64,000 nucleotides of DNA from the human T2T-CHM13v2.0 reference genome, Homo sapiens: assembly GCF_009914755.1 (NCBI RefSeq), contig NC_060926.1. The stretch is one strand, 5' to 3'. A program made the translations under genes and the position numbers. Positions 33,135 to 47,588 of this stretch are shown in pieces; within the stretch, counting starts at the first letter, position 1; every line of letters begins with the position of its first letter. The notes beneath the pieces are model-generated. The model was not told where the DNA came from and ran no database searches. It saw nothing but the letters and a program-made list of their open reading frames with translations.

Positions 33135-34104
33135 ATGTGTGTGTGCATTGTGTATGTTTGGCGTGTTTGTGGTGTGTGTCTGGTGTATGTGAGCATGGTG
33201 TGTGTGTGGTATGCATTAGTGTGTGGTGTGTATGGTGTGTTAGTATGTGTGGTGTGTGTGATGTATGTGTGGTGTGTTAGTGTGCATGGTGTGTTTGTAG
33301 TGTATATTACTGTGTCTGGCATGTGTTTGCAGTGTGTGTTAAGTGTGAATGGTGTGTGTGTTGGTGTGTGGTGTGTTTTGTATGTGTGTTACTGTGTGGT
33401 GTGTGTGGTGTGTTAGTGTGTGTGGTGTATGTGATGTGTTTGTGTGATGTCTGTGTATGTTAGTGTGTAGCGTGTTGTGCTTCTGTGTATTGTGTGTTGT
33501 GTTTGTGGTGTGATATGGGTGGTTTTTGTGCGGTGTGCGTGTGATGTGTGTGGTGTATGCTGTGCATGTGTAGTGTGTGGTATGTGCTAGTGTGGTGTGT
33601 CAGTGTTAGTATGCATAGTGTGTGTTTGTGTTTGTAGTTGGTGCGTTAAGTATGTGGTGTGTGTAGAGTATGGTGCCTATATTGTGTTGCGTATGTTGTG
33701 TGTGTTGTGTGATGTGTTTTTTGTGTATGGGGTGTGTTTGTGTTTTCTATGTGGTGTATGTTGCGTGTGTGTGTAGTGTTTATGTTGTGTGTGCTTTGTG
33801 TGTATAGTGGTTTTATGATGTGTATGTATGTTGTGCATGTGTGGTATACATTGTGTGTATGTTCTGGGTTTTGTGTGTTGGGCATGTTACATGTATGTTG
33901 TGTATGTGTGGTGCATATGCGTTGCATATGTATGGTGTGTGCTGTGTGTGTTTTGTGTTTTGCATGTGTCGTGTATGTATGGTGTGTGTGTGTGCGCTGT
34001 GTGCATTGTGCAAACGTGTTTTTTTTGCATCTTGTGCGTGTGTGGTGTTTCATGTGTATGTGTGTATGTTGTGTGAGTTGTGCATGCATGGTGAGTTGTG
34101 TATG
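33135..34104. repeat. Degenerate TG-rich simple repeat, left part
   Basis: About 970 bp of imperfect tgtg/tatg/tggtg units. Confidence 0.95.
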
Positions 34105-34501
34105 TGTCACCAGGGGTTTGGTCTAGGTTCTGCTGCCCACCACACAGAAAGCCAATCACTGAGACAACAAGTATTGCCAAGGAAGAAGGCTTTAATCAGG
34201 TGCAGCAGCCAAGGAGGTGGGAGCTCAGGCTCAAATCCATCTCCCTGACCAACTAAAACTAGGGCTTTATGTAGGAGGGAAGAAATGTAACAGTGTGTGA
34301 GAAAATAGGGCCTAGGGAGGGGCAAGGAGGCATCTGATGTGGTGATCTGGTGAGTTTCACTCCTTTGACACTTCCTGAGATCCCTTTTCTGAGGAAGGAA
34401 CTCATATCAAACAAATACAAGTTTCAAGCTTTAACAGCAGAAGGATCCATTTCTATGTTTATCCAAAAGCAACTGTCTATGGGACCCTCGGGCTGGTTTC
34501 A
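34105..34501 (-). mobile_element. 3' LTR of the provirus
   Basis: Closely similar to 41648-42049 and preceded on the minus strand by a PPT (agaaaggggggac). Confidence 0.9.
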
Positions 34502-35675
34502 GTCCCCCCTTTCTATTTATCAGTTCCACAATCATGAGGAATCTCGTCATTGATCTTTCTGGCTGCTTCATGCTGAGGAGGGGTGTCGTGGGCAGCTCCA
34601 TACCATGGCTGACCATGTAGCCACCCAGGAATCGAAGGTTAATCTAATATAGAGTTTTCTTCTGACATACAATATTTCTCCCTGGTCCACACTTCTGCCA
34701 AAGACAAATCACAGCAGGACCAACCTAGCTGCATAATAAGTGTCAGTCCCATATTCTTGGCCTGATTACTCACACAAAGTGCAACAAGAATCACTGTCCA
34801 TATAGATTCCCAAGTTGGCTTTGCTGGAACATCTCACAAGACTATTTCAGTCAAAGCCCTGAGAAAATAACCAGTCCCTTCAATTGTGTCGCATTACAAA
34901 AGAAAACATGGTCTTTGTGCAAAGAATTACACATTGCCATGAATGAAGAATATTCACGAATAGTTTACAAATTCTGGAGAAATTAGGCAGAGAAATATGA
35001 CTCAAATTCTGTTTACAAAAGTATACTCAATACACTTAAAGTATATTTCAAGGCTATAAATAGCTCCAAAAAAAAAAAAATTCTCCAGACTCTGAAAAAC
35101 AAAACAAAAAGAATCAGCAATATTTCAAACAACAAAAGCCATAAAAAAAATTATTTCTGTCCTGCAGTAGTTCAGTCCATGCAGTCACCTCCTGCTCTGC
35201 TTCATATTGGGTTAGCAATCTTCAGGAACACATCAGCCTTTCAATTTGTGCAGTGGAAGTTCTCCCTCTAATCCAATGGCACAATCTCCAAAGTTATCAG
35301 AAACCTGCACTCACGAGTCCTTTTCAAGAACTCCTCCAAAGAAGTAAGCCTTGGACTGTAGCTAATTCTAAGCCAGTTTTTTTTGAGAAGGATCAAAGTA
35401 AAACATCAATTGTGGATGACAAAAGTCTTAAGACAGCCATAGTTAATGACACCGTTGACAGGAAAATTTGGTTATTTCTGTGGCATACAACAATTTAACG
35501 TGACAATCATAACTATTACTGACAACATATATTAAGGCATATCAGAATTTTAGGAATCTCATATAATCCTAGAACCCATGTTAGCAACACATCTATATAA
35601 ATATAACTTGAAGGAAGCTAAACACCACCTCAGATTTGACAATGCTTCCTGCATAGTTCTAATATAACAAGCCTA

Positions 35676-36107
<432 letters not shown>

Positions 36108-36431
36108 TCAAAGGTTTCAGACAGACACCCAATATCACAAAATAGGATCACAAGTTTCTATAAAATAGTCATTCAGGTAGCGAAAATTATAATATAAAAT
36201 GTTTACGCTTTGATAGAGAGGAAACTTTCTCAAACAATAAGACCTAATACTTAACTATCATTCTCTCTAACATGTTACAAATTAAAACAATGTAATTGGT
36301 GTTTAGAAGTTACTGCCAGCAACACTTCAAACCACTGTATTAAAGTAGTTAGGTTACTCATCACATATGTCTAATTGCTAGTATTCTAGTAACATAACTG
36401 TAAACAAAAACATAAAAAACGTTGTAAGTCT

Positions 36432-36721
36432 GGATGGGCATGGTGGCTCATGCTTGTATCCCCAGCAATTTGGGATGCCGAGGCAGGTGGATCACTTGAG
36501 CTCAGGAGTTTGAGACCAGCTTGGCCAACATGGTGAAACCCCATCTCTACTAAAAATACAAAAATTAGCTGAGCATGGTGGTGGGTGCCTGTGGTCCCAG
36601 CTACTTGGGAGGCTGAGGCAGGAGAATCACTTGAGCCCAGTGGCAGAGGTTGCAGTGAGCCAAGATCATGCCATCCACCCTGTGTGACAGAGTATGACCA
36701 TGTCTCAAAAAAAAAAAAAAA
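36432..36721 (+). mobile_element. Alu element within the provirus
   Basis: Dimer with poly(A) tail. Confidence 0.9.
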
Positions 36722-37715
36722 TTATAAGTCCTATGCCAGACTTAGCAAAATAAGACTAACTAACATTTTTTCTTTATCATTAAAAAATGATAAATGCAAA
36801 TATCAGTTTTGGAAATTTAGTATGAGAAGTAATCTTTCACTTAAATACTATACAACGAAACAGGGAGAAAGTAAGAATAAGCACACAGCAATTTCTTTTC
36901 AGCTATTTTGAAAACACATCAACACACATTTCTAAGATTGGTTTCTAGATACAGTACTGACGACTGGTTAGGCAACCTTCACCACTCAAATCTGTAAACC
37001 AGTGCAGCATGTGCACATAATTTGTTTTCAGGTACATACATGAAGGCCCATCAGTGATAAACAGCTTGAGATCACAAATCACCAGGAAGTCTCACCTTTT
37101 TTAAAATTACTAATTAATCCAAGTGAATGTCACTTTAAATTAGTTTGAGAGAAATTCTACTCAATATAATTTCCTTAAGGATAAGGCCAATCTTTCCTGA
37201 ATATTAAAACCATGTACCCATATCACAGTTTTTCTTCACCACCTAAAGGAAAAGATCTGAAACCAACTCAAATTGTTGATTGAATTGAGTTACCTTGAAT
37301 ATAAACACCATTGAAACATTTCTGTTCTCACCTACTTTTGCCAAATTACAAAATTTGTAATATGCTATTTCTGTTCAGAACTTAAGTCTTTTATTATTTC
37401 ATTTTTTTGTGGCTGGGAACCTTAAAACTCTCATAGCTCTGTAGATCATTAGAGGCAAGCAAATCCAACCAAATTTCAAATGGCTGTTGTGCTCCATCCA
37501 TTCCTGAAGACCAAACAAAGATAGCCTGGGAATTCTAGATAAATAGAACAAATAATGACTTGCTAGAAATGCATAGGAAACAAAATAATTATTCACAGAA
37601 CCAAATAAATGCCTTCTACTAAAAACTAAAAAACATCAGTTTTATATCTACGCATACACAAGAAAAACCCAAAGGAGAACAAACAGCAACAAATAAAAAC
37701 TAGAAGTGAAAATAG

Positions 37716-37999
37716 GCCTGTAATCCCAGCACTTTGGGAGGCCAAGGCAGGCGGATCCCAAGGTCGGGGGATCGAGACCAGCTTGGCCAATATGGTGAAA
37801 CCCCGTTTCTACAAAAAATACAAAAGTTAGCCAGGTGTGGTGGCAGGCGCCTGTAGTCCCAGCTACTCAGGAGGCTGAGGCAGGAAAATAGCTGGAACCT
37901 GGGAGGTGGAGGTTGCAGTGAGCAAGATTGCACCACTGCACTCCAGCCTGGGTGACAAAGCGAGACTCCATCTCAAAAAAAAAAAAAAAGAAAAAAAAG
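37716..37999 (+). mobile_element. AluSc-like element, slightly 5'-truncated, within the provirus
   Basis: Starts at gcctgtaatccc and ends in a poly(A) tail. Confidence 0.9.
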
Positions 38000-38243
38000 A
38001 AGTAAAAACAAACAGGAAACAGACCCCCCATTCTTTTCCCCACTCAGTTACCCTGGAGGCTGCAGTGTTACCCAGAGTCAAGAAAACCCCACATAATGAA
38101 TATTTTATTCCTGATCACACAAGTCAGTATCCTTAAGTCCACCAATATTACCATACATCCTGTGCAATCAAGAAATTCATTCTAGGCACATGGCCAGTAA
38201 GTACTCTAGTGCCAGCACTATCCATGCAAAACAACAAACATAG

Positions 38244-38673
<430 letters not shown>

Positions 38674-38854
38674 TAGCCAAATTTCTCCAATTGTCTATCA
38701 GGTTTTAAAGAATGCTTTACTATCTAAACTTTTTCAACTTTCTATTTTGTCTGTATGTGCATGAAGATAGACACACAGAGAAACAGAAAAAAATTACATG
38801 TGACTTACACAGATTATCCATGACATGCCTGGGCTTTCTGTTCAGTCCCAGATT

Positions 38855-38950
38855 TTTTCTTCCTTCTTTTTTCGCCTCCTCCTCCTCCCCCTTCTCCTCC
38901 CCCTCCTCCTCCTTTCCCTCCTCCTCCTCCTTTCTTCTTTTCTTTCTTAC
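38855..38950. repeat. Polypyrimidine (CCT)n-like tract
   Basis: About 95 bp of almost pure C/T. Confidence 0.9.
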
Positions 38951-39940
38951 CATTTTACTGTAGGCCAAAAGAATTTACCATACAAGATTCTTTCTCATAC
39001 AAAATTAGCTTTTCTTTATAACCTTCCTTACCAAAAATACATCTTCATATATATAACTTTTTTCACATCTCTCTCCCTTACTTACTGATTCCTACTGCCT
39101 TGTTTCATAAATAATCTTTTTAAAGCTGTAATTTGAACTAACTTTTAGATAACTTCTGAATTAGACAAAATTACTGTTTTTCTAATACATCTTTTGGCAC
39201 ATTTATATACAGAATTACTATTAACTATAATTCTTATCCTTAGTAACCTTAAATTTTAGTGAAACCCTAAAAAGCAAGAAATCCTGAACTATCAGATATG
39301 AACATTTTATATAGTTAAGAACAGTTCCACAATTTTCAGAAACATATTTTCCTATATCACAAAGCTTTTTTAATTGGAAGCAACCTGCATATCTAATGAG
39401 CATCAAAAATAATTTCCAGATTTTAAATTACACAAAAAGTTTACCTAAAACATCCCATTTACATGTACTCAATTCTTTCATTTTTAGCAGTTTATCTAGA
39501 TTACTTCTGAAAACTGAGAGATTAAACACCATCATTTAAAGTTAGTAATTTCCTTCTTAACAATTTTATAATCTGTGAATATCAGATGTTCACTGAAATA
39601 AGAACCTTAAAGTTAACTACATGGGCATTGTCACTAATAACTCAGAAGATTCAGCTGTTTTCATTAAACCAATAACAGTCTGACTTATCAAAAAATTTGC
39701 ATGAAGATCATTTTGTTTTGGCCAGCTTTATAGTTTTATAACCTTCCATGCCAAACCCTGACATCTCAAAATATCTCCCAGAGACAAATATAAAAACCAG
39801 ACAAAAATATATGCTGACAATTCTGAAGACATTCCTGTTTTCATTTTACCAACCATTTTAAAGCAAGCTAGTAAAGATTTACTTAAGTCACATGAACTTG
39901 AAAATAGCTTGGACTTAATTTACTTAATGTATGAGTGCTC

Positions 39941-40265
<325 letters not shown>

Positions 40266-40586
40266 TGAGTGCTCTTTTATTTATAAGCCAATTTGGTAGA
40301 CACAACATATAACAATAAGTGTACATACAAATAAACACATATAGATATGCGTACACACACAAAGATCCAATAGCTTTTACCTTAGAGCTCTAGCAATGAG
40401 ATAGCAATACAAACATACTGGTTTTACATGGTTACACTTCTTTTGCCCCAGTAGGTAATCTGGTGAAGGCTGTGAACCAAAATTTTGGGTAGTTTCCATA
40501 GCAGTTTGATTTTCAAAGGCCCAACCTCCCCAGACTCCAAAGAACATTGTGGCCAAACAGCACCAAAGGAGAGCACCACATACTAA

Positions 40587-41023
<437 letters not shown>

Positions 41024-41624
41024 TCAAGTTTACCAAATTCTAATTTCCCATGACTATATCAGACACACACACACAATCGCCAGAACACAATCCAGTTGCT
41101 GCTGCAACAAACAAGCCCCAAGTGTCCAAACTGAAACAGTTGGGGTGCTTCCTTTCTCCATCGGTTAGGCTTTTGGTTTTTGCAAACAAAAATTCCTTAG
41201 GAATTTCCCAAATTGAGAGGAGCTGATCCTGCTGTCTGGTACCTACAAAAGACATGCACTTGCCCGCACACCACACAATTACAAACAAGCCCCCAAGAGT
41301 ATCCATACTGAAACAACAGTCAGGGTGCTCCCCCATCAAGCTCTTTGCAGGGCTTGTTCAACCTGCAAATGGAAATTCCTTTAAAATTTTCCCAAACTGA
41401 GAGGAGCAGATCCTGCTATATGGGCCCAAAAAGGACATGCACCTCTTTGGATGTAGAGGTGCTTCTAGGAAGGGGCTTCTTCCAAGGCAATCAGGAATGC
41501 AGTCGGGGCCAGCTAAGGCAAAGCCAAAGAGAGATGGAAACTCGCTTCCAGCCAAAAGTGGGCAGGCAGCTTAGGAGGGCTTCTGAGACCCCAGGTCCAA
41601 GGCAGCGGAACCACAAACAACACA

Positions 41625-41642
41625 TTCCTGGTCAGGGAACCA
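41625..41642 (-). other. Retroviral primer-binding site complementary to the tRNA-Glu 3' end
   Basis: The + strand TTCCTGGTCAGGGAACCA matches the tRNA-Glu 3' end TTCCCGGTCAGGGAACCA at 17 of 18 positions, 5 nt from the 5' LTR. Confidence 0.85.
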
Positions 41643-41647
41643 AAATC

Positions 41648-42049
41648 TGTTACCAAAACACCAGGGGTTTGGTGTAGGTTCTGCTGCTCACCACACAGAA
41701 AACCAATCACTGAGACAAGTATTGCTACAGAAAAAGGCTATAATCGGGTGCTGCAGCCGAGGAAATGGGAGCTCAGTCTCAAATCCATCTCCCTGACTGA
41801 CTAAAACTAGGGGTTTATACAGCAGGGAAGAAAAGTAACAGTGTGTGGGAAAACAGGAACTAGGGAGGGGCAAGGAGGCATCTGGGGGGGTGATGTGATG
41901 AGTTTCAGTTCTTTGATACTTCCTGAAAGTCCTTTCCTGAGGAAGGAACTTGCATCAAGCAAATACAAGTTTCAGACTTCAACAGCAGAAGGATCCATTT
42001 CTATGTTTATGCAAAAACAACTGTCTGTGGCACTATTGGGTAGGTTTCA
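41648..42049 (-). mobile_element. 5' LTR of the provirus
   Basis: tgttacc...gtttca, adjacent to the PBS. Confidence 0.9.
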
Positions 42050-42545
42050 AGTGTCTTGTGTGTGTGGTGTGTGTTGTGTGTGTTTTGCATGCATGATATG
42101 TGTTTTGTGTTGTGTGTGCATGTTTTTTGTTGTGTATATGTTGTGTGTGTTGTACGTGCATGGTGTGTTTTGTATATGTTGTGTGTGCGTGGTGTGTATT
42201 GTATATGTTGTGTGCATTGTGAGTGATGTGCGTGCGTAGGGTGTGTTGCATGTGTGTGTTGAGTGTTGCGTGTGTGTGGTGTGCACTGAATGCATATGTT
42301 GTGTGTGGTATGTGTTGAACATGTATGATGTGTGTTGTGCGTGCATGTTTTGTGTGTTATGTATAGTATATGTTATGTGTGTAGTGTGCATGACGTGTTT
42401 TGTGTGTGTTGTGTCTATTGTGTGTGCATGTAGTGCATGGTGCATGTGTATATTGTTTGTGTGCATGGTGTGTGTTGCATGTGTATGTTGTGTTGCACGT
42501 GCATGTGTGTGCATAGGGTGTGTTGCATGTGTGCATCGTGTGTGG
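42050..42545. repeat. Degenerate TG-rich simple repeat, right part
   Basis: Same composition as 33135-34104. Confidence 0.95.
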
Positions 42546-43619
42546 TTTCACTGCCTTTCTCTGCATCAGCGTCCCTCTTTGTGGGCTCTGGCTGGAATGG
42601 GCAGCCCAGGGCCCCAGGTTGCATGTGGCAGTGTGTTCACATGGAGAGGCCTAGTGTCTGCACTAAGGGAGGATTCTGGCTGCCCTGGCCTGGAGGCACA
42701 GGCTGAGTCCCCACTGAGCCAGACAGACGTTCTGGGAGGCCTCCTTGTGGAGCTGCTAGTCTGGTTAAAAAGATGCCATTTATACAAGTGCAGCAGAGGA
42801 CTCAGATTGCTAGAAAGCAGCTCAGAGGGCGCTGGGGCCTTCAGCAGGGAAGAGGCCCTGTGCTGGCCAGGTGGAAAGGGATCTGCGCCGCCTGGTGTGA
42901 GAGTGCAGCTGTTCTGTACACAGGAGGCCATGAGGGGCAGCCAGGGTGACCACCGGACGGTCTTGGGACCCTCCACCAGCAGCAACTTGGGCCCAGCGGG
43001 AAGAATGAAGAGTCGCCCTAAGCAAGCAGGATTTTGAAGGAGCTAGATGTGAGACAACAGAAATAATAATTTGGGGGAAATTAGTCACTTCATAATTGTC
43101 TGCAAGTCCCTGCTCTCCCAATAGTTCCCTTTCTCTGGCTGCCTTCTTTCTCCTGCTTTTGGCAGGACATTAGCAGGCTCTGAAGCTGCCTAGGCCCGCA
43201 GGAGAGCCTTGGGTCACACAATCCTAGGTGGTTTGCACCAGGAGGTGAAGGCGGAGGACCACAATCTCGCCCTGAAAATCTGCAGGGAATTGAGAATCCT
43301 TACACAGCAAGCCAACGCTGGCTCTTCTGTGCATCCCCCCGTGGTCCTGCAGCAGCCTCTTGAGTGCTGGGAAGCACAGCTGTGCTGGACCCCCACAGTG
43401 GGGAGGAGCCACTGCAGGCAGAGGCCTGGCCTGCTGCAGGGCCAGGGAGCAGAGCTGTGGGCAGCACTGCACTGCCTGGTACCACACACCATCTGGGCAG
43501 GTCGTGGGGAGCTGGCTCTGGAAGGAGGAAGGCTGCCCTGCCTTCCCAGATTCCAGAAGGACTCCCCAAGTGCTAGAGACAGTGGTGGACTTTGTTCAGC
43601 TTTCTCCCTGGGGTCCTGG

Positions 43620-44028
43620 TGTGTCTGGAGTTGGTTCCCGCCCGGTGGGTTTGTGGTCTTGCTGACTTCAAGAATGAAGCCACAGACTTTTGCGGTGAGT
43701 GTTACAGCACTTAAAGATGGCACGGGTGAGCGGTAGCAAAAGAGCGAAAGGACAATGCTTCCACAGCATGGAACAGGACCCAAGGGGGTTGCAGCTTCTG
43801 GTTGCTGGTGGCCAGCTTTTATTCCCTTATTGTCCCCGCCCATGTTCTGTTTCTGTCCTATCGGAGTGCCCTTTTTTCAATCCTCCCCATTATTGGCTAC
43901 TTTTAGAATCCTGCTGATTGGTGCGTTTTACAGAGCACTGATTAGTGCATTTTACAATCCTCTTGTAAGACAGGAAAGTTCCCCAAGTCCGCACTCGACC
44001 CAGGAAGTCCAGCTGGCATCACCTCTCA
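43620..44028 (-). mobile_element. Solo LTR12F-like (ERV9 family) LTR
   Basis: TG...CA ends, 4-bp TSD CTGG (43616-43619 and 44029-44032), and LTR12 motifs ctgacttcaagaatgaagcc and ctgattggtgc. Confidence 0.88.
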
Positions 44029-44214
44029 CTGGCTGAGAGCCTGCAGACCCCCAGCAGTGAGCACTGTGAGCTAGGCCAAGGCCAGGGTGGCTGTGGGATT
44101 GTCATGGAAAAATAATGTGAATGTAGTGAGAGATATGGATTAATGCTCTAAGCATCAGAAATGATCTTTGAATTTATTTTAAGAGACGTCTTGGGAGCTG
44201 TTGGAGTACTGTAA

Positions 44215-44430
44215 GGGAAGCTGGGCTTGGGAGCCACACAGACGCTGGGCTTGGACCCCAGCTGTACCACTCACTGTGACAGACTGACAGGTGACCTAAT
44301 TCTCTGCGGCAGACTTCTCATCCGTAAAATCAGGAAGATAACATGATTCCAAGGGCGTTCATGAGGATTAAAGGAAGTCATGCTCCTAATTTACTGCCTG
44401 GCACACAGACAGTAAAATGCTCAATACATT
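44215..44430 (+). mobile_element. MIR fragment
   Basis: ttctcatccgtaaaat...tgaggattaaa...gcctggcacacag...gctcaataca. Confidence 0.65.
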
Positions 44431-45166
44431 TATGGAAGGAATGAAGGACTCTGGCAGAAAAACAGGTCAGATGTGTCTGCTGTGGACAGGTGGCTCTGTC
44501 GGTGCCCGGTGAGTGCCCTGGGAGTCTGGCAGTCACCTCCTCCGCAGCCGTGTCCCCAGGCTCACAGGAGCCACCTCAGGTGGGAAGCTCTCTGCCAGCC
44601 TTGGAAGACCAGACTCACAGCTCCAAGCCACGTGTGAGCAGGAGTGCTGCATCCCAGAAAGTGTCTGCCTCAGCAGGCTGGAGATTGGGATCCCCTATGA
44701 AATGGTGGTGTGTGGGCACTAAGAAAGGAGATTGGCTCTGTTTCAGAGACTTTTAAAATTCACTGTTACTGGTTTTTATTATTACCAAAGTAATGTATGC
44801 TGATTATAGAAATTTTACCAAAAAAATCATTCCAAATCTCCAACCCAGAAACAATTGCTATGAACATTTTGGTGTGTATTGGCTAGCTTTGGTTCTGTGT
44901 ATATGCTTTTTTTATGAATGAAGTAGAGCTCACAGTGTACGCTTTATTTCATGACCTGTTTTCCCCCACTTAATAATATATTGTGGGATTCACTGGATGT
45001 CACTAAATATTTCTCAACAATATTATTTTCATGGCTACATGTTAGTCCATCATACAGATATGTCATACTATTTGTAATCAATATACTATTGTTGACCATC
45101 TAGGTTGTTTTTAATTTTCTAGTATTTTAAGCCACATTGTAATGAGTATTCTTCTCCACATATATT

Positions 45167-45260
<94 letters not shown>
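45167..45260. repeat. Compound microsatellite (TG)12(TA)13(GA)22
   Basis: Counted directly from the sequence; the units are perfect. Confidence 0.97.
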
Positions 45261-45264
<4 letters not shown>

Positions 45265-45287
45265 TTCCAAAAATATAATTATTTTCT

Positions 45288-45584
<297 letters not shown>

Positions 45585-46134
45585 TCCATAATTATTTTCT
45601 GAAGACAAACTTCCAGAAATGGGTTTGGTGTATCAAAGTGTATATAAATTTGAAGGTTTCTGATATAAATTTGAATGAGATTTTGACTGTAGTTTTTTTA
45701 ACCATGTGCTTTGAATCCCTAAAACAGGATTATCTTCTATTTTCAATCACTTATTAGAGCTGTTGTGTTTATGTTAGGAAAATATACAATATCATAAATA
45801 ACATACCTTACAAAACAATAGAAGCATTTCATATTTTTAGCATTGCACATGACTATGACTTTGAAAAGAAAAAAGAACAAGTGTCAAAACGGAATAGGAA
45901 AAGATTACCCATCACCTCTCTTCCCAGTTAGATCAATTTGTAACATTTTAGCATACTGTATTTCCTTCCAGATTTTTGTTTTCTGTGCATTTAGTCATAG
46001 CTGGGATCACCCTGTAGCCTCCCTTCCATATTTCTGCTGGTATGATTTGTGAGTGGGGTGAAGTGCTAGGCTTGTCTCTGTCAACTTTATGACGGCGGGG
46101 CCTGTGTTTGACCCTCCTTATGTCTGACATCGGA

Positions 46135-46285
46135 TTAGCACTGGCCTGAGCAGGTTATCTAATCTGGAGCCTGAGTTTTCTCACCTCTAAAATGGGACTA
46201 ATGATACTCTGTGAATGGAGATATTGAATGGACAGCTTCTAGTCCAGTATTTGGCACATAGTGAATACTTAATCCATGTTTAATC
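46135..46285 (+). mobile_element. MIR fragment
   Basis: gagcctgagttttctcacctctaaaatggg...ttggcacatagtgaatacttaat. Confidence 0.6.
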
Positions 46286-47588
46286 TTTCTCCAGCTTCCG
46301 CTAAGGACCATCACTGATGGTTATGATGTAAGGCTGAGGTCACCATTCCAAATATCAAGAACTGGTCAGGAACTGTGAGGGTGGAAAAGGTACAGGAAAT
46401 TAGCCCACTTAAGTAATGATCCCTGGATAGTAACTGAAGTTTTTGAACAAATTCTTAATAGCACTTTTATTATTTTTACTTTTTTAATGAAAATGGACAG
46501 TGTACAAAATTTAAGCTTCTTTCTGCTGAACTCAATTCCATTTCTCTTTTTAAATCTCTGTAGCTGAGGGGAAAATATGTCTTACAAACAGTTTGAAGAG
46601 ATGTGTTAAAGCATTTGTGCATAGAAGTGTTTTGGGCATTGGTAAAAAAGAAAAAAGAATTGAAAAGTTCACCAGTCTGACACTTAACACAGCAAGATTC
46701 CATTATTTGTCTGTTAAAATAGATTTATTATTATTATTATTAGCTTCTTGGTGAGTTTTAGAACCCTAGAAGGTGCAATCCAGCTAGCATTTTGTGCACT
46801 GGGAAAGAACTTCCCAGTTCTGCAGGATGGTGAGCTGACTTGAAAAACTCTTGCTATAAAACCCTAGTTATGCTGAATAAAAAACAACAAAAGTTACCTT
46901 AAATGTACAGCTAAACTCGTAGGAATCAAAGTGGGAGGCCCTGAAGAGGAGAGTTGAGGATCCCACAGTGATTCTGCAACCGGTAGGGAGGAGATGGAGA
47001 TTCAGCCTGGGAAACACAGCAGCTGGAGTCATTATCCACTTGGGAACAGATTGGGACCCATGCAAGGCTTAGCGATGGAGCTAAAGACCTTACTCAAACC
47101 TGAGACCCTCCGAGAACTCAGTGGAAGAGTGGGTTGTTTTTTCCCTTAATTCTTACTATCTTTGAATTATTGGTAAAGGAAAAATTCTCCCCTTGAGAAT
47201 TTGAAATCTTAGACATGTACCTCACACAGATATAGGGTTCAGATTTACATCAACTCACACAGTCTGCAAATTGGGAAATTTACAAATTGAGAAATAATCT
47301 AAAATTTGGTTCCTATTTAGTGATACAGGGCATTTGAGAAAGTTATATATCCAGCAGGTGTTCAAAAAGGAGAAAATAGACTAAGACAATATTTGAAAAA
47401 TGAATGGATACAGATTTTCCAAAATGAAGGAGAGATGTGAATCTTCAACAATAACAGTGTGCCACTCATGATGGTGTGGAACACCAAAGACCAAGTAGAC
47501 AATATTTAAAGCAATGAGAGAGATGTATGGGTGGGGGCAGATGACCCACCAAAGGATACTAGACCGAAAACCTGCTTATTAGCAGTAT

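Noticed and set aside
32858-34248. Cys/Val-rich and His/Thr-rich ORFs (also at 41841-43037) resembling metal-binding proteins
   Set aside because: They are translations of TG/CA simple repeats.
41625-41642. tRNA-Glu gene
   Set aside because: Only the 3' 18 nt including CCA match, directly beside an LTR, which defines a primer-binding site.
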